The position numbers were made by a program, and so were the translations under genes. A DNA stretch of 64,000 nt, from NCBI RefSeq assembly GCF_048593235.1, contig NC_133618.1:620514889-620578888 (forward strand). Direction: 5' to 3'. The stretch comes from Sminthopsis crassicaudata (Eukaryota). This document shows, in pieces, positions 1 to 13,659 of the stretch (positions within the stretch are counted from its first letter, which is position 1; every line of letters starts with the position of its first letter). The notes beneath the pieces are model-generated. The model saw nothing but the letters and a program-made list of their open reading frames with translations, ran no database searches and was not told the origin of the DNA.

Positions 1-252
1 GACCTTCCACCAGGCCATCTACCTTCACTGGGTCACAGGCTGATTCCCACAGTTGGAGCTCTGCCCTGGGCCTCATGAAATTATGGGGATTGCTCAACTT
101 TTAACGTATTAATATGATCTTGGAAATGTCATTGAAGTATGTCTGGGTTTCCTCATCTGAAAAGTGGGAACAATACAAACAACTCTATTCATGCCTTCTA
201 CTAAAGCTAGATAATGAGGCTAAGTGTTAGGCTATGTTTCTTAGGGATAGAC

Positions 253-496
253 TTGTTTTTCAGTCAAGTTCAATTCTTTGTGACCCCATTTGGGGTTTTC
301 TTGGCAAAGATACTAGAGTGGTTTATCATTTCCTTCACCAGCTCATTTTACAAATGAGGAGACTGAGGCAAACACTTAACTAAGTGACTTACCCAGGGTC
401 ACATGGCTAATAAGTGTCTGAGACCAGATTTGAACTCAGAAAGAGTTCCTGACCTAGGCTCAGTATTCTCTCCATCCTACCACCTATCTGTTCCCA
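253..496 (-). mobile_element. MAR1-type CORE-SINE
   Basis: Contains gaccccatttggggttttcttggcaaagatactagagtgg, the CORE segment ttttacaaatgaggagactgaggc, and a tRNA-like head on the minus strand. Confidence 0.75.
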
Positions 497-1279
497 AGGA
501 TGAACGCAAACATTTCCTCATATTCTTTACTTATTTCTGTCTATCCCCTCTTCTAATTCTTCTTTCTTAAAACTAATACTAAGTAAGGACTTTTGAATCT
601 GAAATTTAGGGAAATCTTCAAACAGGTGTGGTCCCCGGGGAGATAAACAGTCATCATAACCCTTCTTAGAACTGTGTAAAGCAGTGGTATCATGATCCCA
701 CCGACTCTCTGAACTTGGACTCTCTGTTGACTTAGAAAACATTAGCATTATCTATGTTCCATCACTTTTTATTTATTTTGTTAAATATTTCCCAATTACA
801 GTTAATTTGGTTCTTACCCATCCTGTGTTAACAGCCTGCCTGAGCACTGTGTTGGAAACCTTTGGTGGGAGGGAAGTGTTGGAACCAGAGCCAACAGGCC
901 TTCGGGAAACACTTTAAATCAGGACTTTGTTTATTATTTTGTTGATTGTCCAGACTCGAGGTGATGGAGAAAATGTGAATAGAACTGGTTCAACTTAAGG
1001 ATAAACTTAAGTCTATCCTTCCCCCATTCCCCCTCCCCTAGCCTTTGTTAAACATTTATGGATGGTTGTGATGTTAGTTATTTAAAATCTGAATCACTGA
1101 TTAGAATTTCCCATAAAGGGATGCTAGTATGTTCAAGGGGACAGCCTGGTGGAGGAGGGGATGGGGATGAGTAAGGAATATGGGCTCAGAGAATTGATCA
1201 AACTCAGTTTATTTCCTTGTCACTAGTAGTTCTGGGAAAGCCTATATCTACAAGGATTTGAAACCAATGACCAGAGGTC

Positions 1280-2030
1280 ATTCATTCATTAATTCAATAA
1301 GAATATATTAAAACTGTAAGCCCAGGACTGTGATAAGTGCTAAAGATACAAACATCAATGAAATCATCCTTCCTGTTAAAGATTAGACATTCTGTTGAAG
1401 GAAGTACCACAGACACATAACTAAATGTGAAAGACACACAAAATGAAGACAAAGGATTTNNNNNNNNNNNNNNNNNNNNNNNNNNNNNNNNNNNNNNNNN
1501 NNNNNNNNNNNNNNNNNNNNNNNNNNNNNNNNNNNNNNNNNNNNNNNNNNNNNNNNNNNNNNNNNNNNNNNNNNNNNNNNNNNNNNNNNNNNNNNNNNNN
1601 NNNATGGAGCTGGAGCTGAAGCTTAATATCCCAAGAGACAGAACTGAGACTATGTTCTCTACAATGGCATTGAGGGAGAATGGCAAGTAAGCCAGTTTAG
1701 CTGGAGTGTCCAGTGTGGAAGGGGAAGAATGGCAAGTCTGGAGAAGGGGCTGGAGTTGGCTCACAGAGGGTTTTCCATGCTAAAATGAAGAGCTTGTATT
1801 TTATCCTAGAGCCAAGGTAACTTCTGGGATTTCATAAGCAGAGAAGGGATATGGCCGCACTTAAAGTTTAGGGAAATCCCTTTGGCAGCTGTGTGGAGGA
1901 TGGATTGTAGGGCAGGCTTAAGCAGAGAGTTCAATTAGGAGGCATTTGGAATAATTGAGGGATTGCTGCTGAGGACCTGAGTTAGGGCAATAGCTATGTC
2001 AGCAGAGAGAAGGGGATGGATTAAAGTCTT
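1280..2030 (-). mobile_element. L2 LINE 3' fragment
   Basis: cattcattcatt...tgtgataagtgctaaagatacaaac tail and L2-like purine-rich body; boundaries approximate. Confidence 0.55.
1460..1603. other. Assembly gap (144 N)
   Basis: Run of N. Confidence 1.
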
Positions 2031-2519
2031 GTGGAGTTTGGGGATTTCTTGTTAGCTAAGAAGGCCTCTCCCTTCCCAGAAAGGAAGATGCATAGCTACC
2101 ATGGGCTCACTGGGGAACCAGGATCTCTGCTTTGGGTATATTTCCCCTGGAACAAGGGCCAGAGGGAGAGAGCAAAAGCAAAAGTGACTTGAGTGTCTGA
2201 CCCATAACCACGTGTTTTGACTCTGCAATGGGACATCCTTTTCTTCTGACTTCCAGGAATGGGGTTCTCAGCCAGGTATTCCCTTAGCTTGTCTCAGGTT
2301 ATTAGGGAAGCCCAGGCTATTTCACTTTCCTCTCCTTAACTGGAGTTACTCAACCTTAGCTCTCACAGGCACCTGTAAGGATGCTCATAGCTAACTAATG
2401 CTCACAAAGAACTTCACCATCTTCATCACTGTAAGTACCCAATAAGACTGGGAACAGGAGCTTTGTCTCCTCCTTTTTCTGTCTCTCTCCTAGCATGGAT
2501 TAGGATCATGAGACCAAAG

Positions 2520-2790
2520 ATTTAGTCTTTTTGTTATTTTTTGCTTGCATTTTATTTTCTTTCTCATTTTTTCTGGTCTGATTTGATTTTTCTTGTGCAG
2601 CATGATAATAGTATAAATATGTATGCATATATTTGATTTAATATATATTTCTATCATGTTTAACATAAAAAAGAGAAATGAGTGTTGCATATGGAAAACA
2701 TATGCCAGTATATTCCTCCTTGGCCTCCATCGCCATATATATGACATCTCCTTCTTGATAATGATTCTCTTGATTTATGTATATGTGTAC
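2520..2790 (+). mobile_element. Marsupial L1 3'UTR fragment
   Basis: tttgatttttcttgtgcagcatgataa...tgtttaacat, homologous to 9290-9360. Confidence 0.65.
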
Positions 2791-2833
2791 CTGGTGTATA
2801 GTAAGCTTTTAATGGTTACTTTTCATGGTTGGG

Positions 2834-2857
2834 TGGATGGATGGATGGATGGATGGA
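2834..2857. repeat. (TGGA)6 microsatellite
   Basis: Read directly from the sequence. Confidence 0.95.
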
Positions 2858-5852
2858 TAGTTTGACACCTTGCTAGCAAACTGAGAGCTTCACCCTCTAA
2901 TGAGATTTGTTGTGTTGAAATCCTCACCCTTCTTGCCTCCTCCTTCTTCCCCTTAGTCTGGGATGATGGGGAAGAGGATTTGACACAACATCGTCAGAGC
3001 CCGAGTTTCCTTCTCCATCATACCGGTTGTATGTGTCTGTCCCATTAGCATAACTGGAAATTCCCAACTTCGCATGTCTTTGTGAAAAACTTTCTTTTCT
3101 GTCCTTGTTTCCCAACAGCTTGCCCTAAACTTAAAGAATATTTACAAGAAAGGGGAAATTTATTATCTCCAAATCTATGGGATTTGATTAGCTGAGCTCT
3201 CCTTGATTCAATCAGTAGAATAACAGTAGTGTTAGAAAGGACCTCAGAGGCCCACTAATCCGACATTTACCTGAAAAAGGAATCCCTAACGCCATGTCTG
3301 GTAAAGGGTCTAGATCCTTCTTAAAGTCTCACTATGTCCCAAAGCAGTTCATTCTACTTTAGGATAATTTTAATTGTTAGGAAGTTATTTCTTATCTAAA
3401 GCCAAAATCTGGCTTAATGCTAGTGACTTCTCTCTAAAGTGATTCCAAGTTATCTCATATGTATGTGCACATATGTAACACACATGGGTATATATGCATA
3501 AAATACTATGGATGGTACACGTAAATGTATTAAATATATGTTGATCTTTCCTAGATGTAATTATTTTCATGTTTTGCTTTAGATTGTGAGTTTCTTAAGG
3601 GCAGGGACTAATTTTAGCTTTCTTTGAAGATCAATCAGAGATCGGTACGGATGTCTTAACTTGTCTGGGAATTGGACTTAGGAGAGGCAGAGTTGCAGAA
3701 AATCATCAGCCTCGCTTTTCCTGAGTTATTGAAGTCCAATGGCGGGGCAAAAGTCAAGCTGATAGGAGATAGCCCGGATCCAGTGGGTGATCCCATTGCC
3801 TTCTGGGGTAGAGCTCATCAGACGGACAGGCACCTTTTTATGTTTTCTAAACTATAATCAAATTCCAAATCCTCCTTTTCACTTGGGATTATAACCCCAG
3901 TCCATCCTTTCTGTAGCTTTCCCTAACCTGAATGTCTTCTTCATCCTCTGGAGAGATTAAATTTCATATATCATGTCCAGGGCATTCAACTAGTCCTTGT
4001 CCCATCACCTTACAGGAAGACAGCCTGAGTTTGGGAGGATTAGGGCATAGTGCAGAGAATAATGGCCCCTGAGTTCAAGTCCCAGCTCTGATATTTGTTA
4101 GCCAATTGATTGTGAATAAACTAGCTAATTTTTTGGAGCCTCAGTTTTCTCTTCTATAAAAGGGAATAAGACTAAATATCGGTTGTTATGTGGAAAACTC
4201 TTTGTGAAGCATAAGGTTCTCCAGAGATGTAAGCCATGATCTTATCTCATCAACATGGATCCTTCTCTGTCAATATGGATTCCAAACCCATCCCTGCTTT
4301 TTCATCTGGATAATCTTTATCCATGTCTTTACACAAACTCTTCTGCAGAAGGTTCCCCCAGAACTCTAGAGACTTTCCTCTGGGCTCAGGCTTCCTTTGA
4401 GAATACTATTGATGGACTATCCACATGTTATCCTTCTCTCTATACATGAAACTCAACTCATATTTCATTCTTACCAATGGTGAGAGGGGGAGATAAAAAA
4501 ATTTGAGAGACAGTCTTTGTCCCTGTACAAAATATGCTCTAGTAGGAGAATTGTCACATGCATAATTTCCTCAAAAATATCAAATACTATGATCTCACTG
4601 ACTTGGACATTCCCCCTGGTGCAGCTGGTGACCAACCCATGCCTGTCCATCCTGTGTAACTCTTGTCCACTTCCTCCTACACGTCTTCCACAGGGCTCCA
4701 TTCAATATGGCAGCCTTTCCCCTTTCCCCTGATAATAGTCCTCTCTCACCAGCCCATTTTTCCTTCCTGTCATATACTTTCTTTACTCCTGTTTTTGAAG
4801 TTTATCTTTGGTTGTATTTCGTAGCCTACCGACAGCTACTCTGAGCCTCTCTATTGATTGCCCTCATGTGACATTCATTTTTACCTCTTTGGAGTCTGTG
4901 ACCTTTCACATAGCCATATAACAACACCAGGAGAATTGTGATATTAAAAAGATGAACTCTTGTTTCCATGGGAAGCTACACAAATAACTCTGTCACAAAA
5001 ATAGGACAAGATAAGTACATATAAAAGGTACAAAATGTTATGTGATGATTGAGGAAGGAAGAGTAATTTCTGACTGGGGCCGTCAGGAAGTTCTTATGGG
5101 GGAGATGATAATAGATGGGAAGGATTCTTTGGGCAGAGACATTGAGAAGCAGCAGCATTCCAGGTAGAGAAAACATGATAAGCAAAATCACAGCTAGATG
5201 GGGATCATGGGACTGTGTACGAGGGATGATGAATAGCCCAGTTTGTGGAAAGTGGAGCACGTTGTAAGAGGACTATGTCCCAATCTGAATCCCTTCCAAC
5301 AGTCAGTTCCATTCAATTGGCCATTTAATTGTTTGCTCATGACCCCATGCAGAATACTGCTGTTGTTATTATTCAGTAGTTTCGATCACGTCCGACTCTT
5401 GGTTACCCCAGTGGGGTTTTCTTGGCAAAGATACTGGAGTGGTTGGCCATTTCCTTCTCCAGCATGTCAAATGCTGGTCTAGCTTGAATCTTTCTCCTCC
5501 AAGAAGTCAACCCTGACTACTTAAAGCCCCCAGTGAGTTTTCCCTTCTCTGATGGCCTGCGTCCGAATCATGCACTACTACCCTTGCCTTCTCATTGTTC
5601 CAGGTGGGAAAGTCGTGTTTCCTTTCTAAACCAGCAGCTCTTGAAGGGGAAGAAATAAGTATTTATCTTCCATCTGCCCCATTCCCGGCCCTGGGACTGA
5701 ACTGGCAGGACATATTAGTAAACTGTTGGAAGCTGATGGATTTCTTGTGAGCAGTGGGGATTAACTAATCATGAAAGTTACACAATAAAACATCATCGTG
5801 GCTCACATTTCCCAGATTTACAAAGCACCTTCCCTCACTAAAGAAAGAAGAA

Positions 5853-6017
5853 NNNNNNNNNNNNNNNNNNNNNNNNNNNNNNNNNNNNNNNNNNNNNNNN
5901 NNNNNNNNNNNNNNNNNNNNNNNNNNNNNNNNNNNNNNNNNNNNNNNNNNNNNNNNNNNNNNNNNNNNNNNNNNNNNNNNNNNNNNNNNNNNNNNNNNNN
6001 NNNNNNNNNNNNNNNNN
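5853..6017. other. Assembly gap (165 N)
   Basis: Run of N following a purine-rich simple repeat (aagaaagaagaa). Confidence 1.
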
Positions 6018-7332
6018 AGGAAAATGAGAGGTTAAGTGTCATTCAGCTTATAATTATCTGAGGCTGGTGCTATATAACTGTACTTGAATCACCGCTTTAC
6101 AGATGAGGAAACTAAGGTTTAGAAAGGTGAAAGTGGAAAAGTCGTTGGATTGGGAACAAGACCAAAGTTTGAATCCTGACTGTTACTCCACTGACCTCTG
6201 TGATTCTAGGCTATGACTTATTCAAAATCATATAGAGTAAGCATAGGACACACTTACCGTGTGATCTGAGCAAGTCACTTAACATTTGCCTGCCTCAGTT
6301 TCCTCAGCTGTAAAATGGGGATTATAATAGCATCTACCTCAAATGAGATGCTATTTGTAAAATGCTTAACACAGTATCTTGCATTTAGTAGCTATTCAAT
6401 AAATGCTTGTTCCCTTTCTCCCAAAACTTGAATGATGATGTCTCTCAACCACTTCCATTTCTCTTCTGCATACCAGTAATCCCTGGGGGATGAGAGTTAG
6501 AGGGGACCTTAGACTTCCCTCCCCTTATTTCACCCTTAAGGAAGCTGAGGCAAAGTGACTTGAGTTGGACAATTAAAATGGTTTGTAACTCATTGTGACT
6601 CCAAAACTGATCTTTCTGATGCCCCAATGTCATCATTCTACAATCCCTGACTCACCTCCCTACAGCTTGACCCCATCTTCTTTCTTTTCCTCCTTCAAAG
6701 CAAGAAGAAAGTTCATATCCATTCCTTCTATGCTCAACCTTTATTGACACTACCAGATCCCTCACTCCCATTCCCTTAGACTGCCTGCCGGTATGAGCAC
6801 TGACATACCCTTCCTTCCTCTGGCTCACCCAATATTGAAGCAAAGCCGTTTTTCTTTCCAAAGACCCTTCATGATGCTTTTTTTCAGTTAAAATCGATTC
6901 CACGAACATTATTACCGATCCACTCTTTACAAGACTTAACTAGACATAAGGGATGCAAAGGGGGAAAATCTTGAAAAATACAAACTCTACTGTTGAGGAA
7001 TTTTCAGGCTGGTTGGAAGGGAGGGATATGGCCCGTATGCATGGGGGTCATAAGGAAAGCTTTTCAAAAGAATTGATATTAAGCTGGAACTTGAAAGAAG
7101 CTAAGGAATAAGAGGAAGTGGAGGTCTTGAGTGTATGTACTAAGCCTTCCAGAAGACATTGTTCCAAAACAGGGAGACAGGAGATACAATGAATAGTTTG
7201 AGGGATAGGAAAGAGACTATTTTTGATGGAATATGAAAAGTATGAAGGGGAACCAGATACTTTCCCACATAATCATGGTCACTTAACCCCAATTGCATCA
7301 GCAAAAAAAAAAAAAACCCAAAACCAAAAAAC

Positions 7333-7895
7333 CTATGCATGGATAATTTTTCAACGTTGACCCTTGCAAACCTTGTGTTCCAAATTCCTCCCCCCTCCAG
7401 GACGGCAAGTAATTCAATATATGTTAAACATGTACAATTCTTCTATATATCTATTGCCACAATTATCTTGCTGCATAAAAAAATAAGATCAAAAAAGAAA
7501 AAAAATTGAGAAAGAAAATAGAATGCAAGCAAACCACTACAAAAAAGTGAAAATACCGTGTTGTGAGCCACACTCAGTTTCCACAGTCCTTTCTTTGGGT
7601 GCAGATGGCCCTCGTCCTCACAAGATCATTGAAACTGGCATCGATCATCTCATTGTTGGAAAGAGCCACGTCCATCAGAACTAATCATCGTATAATCTTC
7701 TTGTTGCCATATACAATCTCCTGGTTCTGCTCGTTTCACTCAGCATCAGTTCATGTAAGTCTCTCCAGGCCTCTCTGTATTCCTCCTGCTGATTGTTTCT
7801 TATAGAACAGTAATATTCCACAACATTCATATACCATACCTTGTTCAGCCATTCTCCAACCGATGAGCTCAGTTTCTTGCTTCGGTTTCCAGTTT
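7333..7895 (-). mobile_element. L1 3' end (ORF2 C-terminus plus 3'UTR), antisense
   Basis: Minus frame reads VGEWLNKVWYMNVVEYYCSIRNNQQEEYREAWRDLHELMLSE, typical of the L1 ORF2 C-terminus; reverse-complementary to 8920-9480. Confidence 0.85.
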
Positions 7896-8059
7896 CTTGC
7901 ACAGACAAGTGCTATTTTTAAAACTCATTTTATAGTTGAGCAAACTAAGGCTGGGAGAGATTCAGTGATTTGCTCAGTCACACAGTTAGTATCTGACGCT
8001 GAATTTGAATTCAATTCTTTTGGACTCCAGGAACAGTGCTCTCTCCACTGTATTGCCTA

Positions 8060-8570
8060 GCTTTCTAGGATTATCAACTTAGCAACTATGTGGAAAATGA
8101 ATTAGCGAGGAGAGAGGTTGGATGTGGGCAGATCAATTAGGGAAAAGGAAAATGGGCTTCCGTTCCAGGAGCAGGAGTTATGAATCATTCATTCATTGTA
8201 TTAGAGTATGGTTTCTCCCTGATAATATGATTTCTGTGAAACTGGATGCTTTATATCAAGAGAGTTTTGCAAAAGTCCAAGGGAGAGGTAATGAGATCCT
8301 GAACTAAGGTGGTGACTATATGAGGCAAGAGAAGTGGATGGACAGGAGAGATATTTGTACAGATGGATTGACTGAGCCTTGGTTGACAACTGAGTAGGGA
8401 GAGGAATGTTGAAGATAATTCCTAAATTTGCAATCTAGGTAAAGGGGAGGGCGATAGTGTCTCAGACAGAAAAAGGGAAGGTAGGAAGAAGAGGAGGTGA
8501 TTCAGGAGGAAACATGAGTTTTGTTTTAGGCTGTTGAGTTTGTGATGCTTATGAGATGCCTACATGGAGA
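8060..8570 (-). mobile_element. Degraded L2 fragment
   Basis: L2-like segments such as gagatcctgaactaaggtgg and gttgagtttgtgatgc; boundaries approximate. Confidence 0.5.
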
Positions 8571-8630
8571 TATTTCCTCCACTAGTTGTCAAATAAATAG
8601 TCCTTAACCACACTGCTTAAGAAATGAGAT

Positions 8631-9516
8631 GGCTACTCTGAGGTATCACCACACACCTCTCAGATTGGCTAAAATGACAGGAAAAGATAATGATAAATGT
8701 TGAAGGGAATGTGGGAAAATTGGGACACTTATACATTGTTGGTGGAGTTGTGAACTTATCCAACCATTCTGGAGAGCAATCTGGAGCTATGCCCGCAGGG
8801 ATATCAAATCTTGTATCCCAAAGATATCATAAAAGAGGGAAAGGGACCCACATGTTCAGAAATGTTTGTGGCAGCCCTCTTTGTAGTAGCAAGAAACTGG
8901 AAACTACTGGATGCCCATCAGTTGGAGAATGGCAGAACAAGTTATGGTACATGAATGTTGTGGAATATTATTGTTCTGTAAGAAATGACCAGCAGGAGGA
9001 TTTCAGAGAGGCCTGGAGAGACTCACATGCACTGATGCTGAGTGAAATGAGCAGGACCAGGAGATCATTATACATGGCAACAAGAAGACTATACAATGAT
9101 CAATTCTGATGGAGTGGCTCTCTTCAATAATGAAGTGATTCAGACCAGTTCCAATGGTCTTGTGATGATGGAGAGAATCATCTGCACCCAGAGAGAGAAC
9201 CATGGGGACTGAGTGTGGATCACAATATAGCATTTTCACCATTTTTGCTATTGTTTGCTTACATTTTGCTTTCTTATTTTTCTTTTTTGATCTGATTTTT
9301 CTTGTGCCATGTGATAAATATGGAAATATGTATAGAAGAATTGTGCATGTTTAACATGTATTGTACTTGGCGCTTGCCATCTAGGAGAGAGAGTGGAGGG
9401 AAAGGAGATAGAAAAATTTGGAATACAAGAGTGAATGCTGTAGGAGTGAATGTTGAAAACTATCTTTGCATATATATTTAAAATAAAAGGCTATTATTTA
9501 AAAAAAGAAGAAGAAA
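8631..9516 (+). mobile_element. 5'-truncated L1 insertion with A-rich tail and 12-bp target-site duplication
   Basis: L1 ORF2 C-terminal remnant and 3'UTR ending aataaaaggctattatttaaaaaaag. TSD aagaaatgagat (8619-8630) / aggaaatgagat (9517-9528), with a TT/AAGA endonuclease-like site. Confidence 0.88.
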
Positions 9517-11940
9517 AGGAAATGAGATAACCAGAGCCTCATGACCTCTATTTTTCTCCTTACTACAACCCAGTCTAGAGCTGTGATCTCTGATACTTAG
9601 AAAGTATGTGACCGAAAGCAATTCATTTCTCTGAGACTCAAGGAGAGGGACTGATGCTTAGAAAAGAGATTTATGAATTTGCAAGTCACCTACCTGGGAT
9701 TTGAACTTACAGATGCTGGCTAGATCTCCAAAAGAGAGGATATAGACAGAAGAGAGTGTCTAGAACAAATCCGTGAATTATAGTGGAACATAGGGGCTGG
9801 GACTTAATGGTCCTGTGATGGACCAATTGGACAGGTAGGAAGAGAACCAAGAGAGCAGATAATGCGAAGGCCCGAGATACAAATAGAAGAACTCACATTT
9901 GGTCCTTTTTGTTCCTTCATCTATAAAAAGAGACCGGGGATTTTAATCAGTGAAGTTTATTTCAGCTCTAAATCTGTGAAATTATGGTCCTATGGAAAAT
10001 TTTGGATTTCTTTGGTGTGGAAACTCCTCCATCAGGACAGACCAAAGCCCATTTATAAACAGATCATTAAATATCTGTTATTTCCCTCTAGCAGTGAGCC
10101 ATAGATCCAGCCCCCTTTTCCCCTCCTTAGCCTAGAGTTCATTAAATGACTGCTCACGATCACATAGCTAATAAGCATCAGAAATAGGCTTTAAACCCAG
10201 CTCTCCTTGGATCTGAAATGAGAACTCACCGTCTTGGACACACAGCAGGCACTTAATAATGCCTAATAAAATTGGGTGCTGGACCAGATTGAAAGTTTCT
10301 GGCAAGCAAGAACTTGGTTTAATTTTTTATTCCAGGGACTCGTGCTCCTGTGAGTTCACTAGAAACTTGCAGACAATATGAGAAAAACCCTAAAAGTTGA
10401 AAAAGCTTGATCTCTCTTTCCCTCGCTCCCCAGCACCCCCTGCAAGAGACTCTGGGCAAACTGGAGTGATAGAATCTGAGAGTTGGAAGGGACCAAGTCT
10501 AGTTAGAGGGTTCTTGACTGGGGGACCCCTGGACCCCAGGATAGATTTCAAGGGATCCATAAATTTGGAAGCGTTTGAGGGAGATCTCCGGTGAGGACCT
10601 ATCTTGGCTCCACTTCCAGGGATCCATAAATTTTGATGTGAAAAATTGCATCTTTGTTTTCCTCTAACTGAAGTTTAGCTTTTCATTTACTTTTTTAAAA
10701 AAATATTCTGAGAATATTATCTGAGAATCGTATTCTTATATTATCTGAGAATCCTGAGAATCACAGACTTGAACAGATGCCAAAAGCATCCCCAATCCAA
10801 AGAACTCTTCCTGATCCTCAGTTTTACAGAGGAGGAAACCTCTGTGCAGAAAATGAGGACAGTAAGGGATACTTCCCCTGTGAGAGAAGAAGCAAGGCTC
10901 CCCTAGGTCTCCTGACTTTAAGCCCTCTAGGGGAGGAAAGAGCTGGGGCAAACCCATGTTTAGCCCTAGAAGGGGCTTTAGAGACAATCTAGTCCAATCT
11001 ACCACGCCCGTTTTACAGATGAGGAAACTGAGGTCCAGAAAAGGGAAGTGATTTATCCAAAGTCACACGAGTGCTAAATGGCAGGAGGAGGACTTAAATT
11101 CAGGTCCCCTGGCTGCAAGCTCAACTGCCTTTGTCTCAATTATCTGCGTGCCTGCCTCATAGCCTATAAACTCTGTAAGAATAAGGATCCTGTGGGTTTT
11201 CGTGGTGGACTGCCCGGCCCTAGCACGATGCCCGGGGCATAGTAGGTGCTCGGCCAATTCTCACTGAATTGGATCCTGGCTGGGGACTCTTAATTGGGCC
11301 CCCTAAGTCCCAGGCCCTGACAGCTTCCTTCAGCACCAGCTCCTGTCCCCCATTCACACGCCGGGCAGAAGCGGGCTGCAGTATATTTAGCCTTGGGAGA
11401 GCGCCCAGCCACCTCTGACAGCATCCCAAAGGCAAGGAGTTATTTTTAGAGAAACAAGCACAGCTGCTAACAAATATGTGTCCTTGTGTGACTGGCCCTG
11501 GGCCTGGGGGGAGCCGAGGCGGGGGAGGGGAGGGACAGGTATTTTCTCACCTGTACTTTGGGAAGAGGTGGTGGGCTGCTGATTGGAGTCAAATCCAGCC
11601 CTTCAAGCCACTTGCATGTCTCCAGAGACTGAACAATGTCCTCCACTGTCAGATGATAAACTATTAAGCCCTACTATGTGCCAGGTGCCGTGTTAAGTGC
11701 TGGGGATACAAAGAAAGGTATAAAACTGGACGGCTTCTGAGGCCATCCCACATTTATGGGTCTGCTTGGATTTCCTGGTCCCTGAAATCCCTCTTTCTTT
11801 GGATCTCAGACTAGCATCTGGGTTCAAATCAGAGCTTTTTCCTGCTGTGTTGGAATGTTTCTAAATTAGATGCAAATCACATGCAAATGAGCAGTCCATG
11901 CCCTGGGGAGGGGCTGGCAGCCTTCCTGCCCAGGGGATGA

Positions 11941-12405
<465 letters not shown>

Positions 12406-12569
12406 TAGGAAATGTCCAAGGCAAGATTTGAACTCCGATTTTCCTGACTCCAAGTCCAGGCATTCATCCACCGGGACACTTAGCTGCCTGTGGGAGAGGG
12501 AGGGGGGACTCCCTTATAATCAGTGACACATTCAATCAGTCAATAAACATTTATTAATTACACTGTCCC

Positions 12570-12960
12570 CAGTGAGCGGCCCTTTGTCCTGGTCTCTGAA
12601 GACATTCAGTAGGGCTGGCGATCTGTAGCCGTCCCTTTTCGGCTTGGGAACATCGCTAATTACTAGGTAGCTTCACTTTGTCTCTGTGGTTTCCGCCCGA
12701 TGCTTTGGGCACTTCCTTCTGGGGCCAAGCAGAATGAGGTGAACCGCTCTTCCACGTACTGTTAAACTCTCAGCCGGATCCAAACAAAAGTCCCCAGGTC
12801 CTTCACAGGCTTCCTAGGACATGGACTAAACACCCGGGGACTTCTTTCCTATTGTCCGGCTTATCAATCAACGTGCTTCCTGGCTGTGGCAATGGCCTGG
12901 CCACCCCTTCTTCGGTGTCTGTGGTACCTTCACGGAGCCCATCCCTGTGGTGCTGAGCCC
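12570..12960 (-). mobile_element. CR1/L3 3' fragment
   Basis: Minus strand reads ...cattctgcttggccccagaagg..., matching the L3 3' region as I recall it. Confidence 0.5.
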
Positions 12961-13659
12961 GTTCTGCCCTCCAAGCCCGCAGTGGGGCCCGAAAGAGGCT
13001 TTAAGAGGTCAGCCAGCGCCCGGCCCCTTATCTGACAGAGCAAGAGACTGAGGTTCAGCAAAACGAGGGCCTTGTCCGGGTCAGCCCGCGAGCCCGTGGC
13101 AACACGAGTTCCTGATGTGAAATCCAGAGCTCTCACTATTATATATTGTAGGACGTTGGGTCTTTTTTTCTCTGGATCTCTCCATTTGGGGGGTCTAGGA
13201 TCCCAATCCGGGACCAGTTCAGGGCCACATCTACCTCTGGTCTCCGCAGACAACAAGAAACCCCCCGGGTTCACAGCTCCGCCCCCAAGATGCCCGAGCC
13301 CAGCATACCCCTGGTTGATAATAATAGGCTGGCCAAGCAGAGCCGAGACTAGGAATTACGATACCCCAGAGGCTGTGGGTGCAGAATAATTGAATTGTGA
13401 CTGTAATGAGCTGGGGAAGGGGTGGAGGGTTAGTCTGTACCTGCCTGGAGACAAACCCAAAGGGCTTGGTGGAGCGAAGGCTCTTTAGGGGGTGTCAGCT
13501 TGGGAGGGGGCACTGAGCCACAGGGCACCGAGGGCAAGGATGGCAGTTGCTTCCATCCCCAGAGGAGACAAAGCCATGTTCCCGCCATGCTCATTCTGGA
13601 AAGATTTTATGTTCTCCACCATACCCTCACATTCAACACTTTATTAGATTGTCATGGGA

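Noticed and set aside
8690-9109. 139-aa ORF as a gene
   Set aside because: Frameshifted L1 ORF2 C-terminal remnant.
10700-10765. Degenerate tctgagaat repeats
   Set aside because: Short slippage duplications at the edge of an old MITE/MIR junction, with no evident function.
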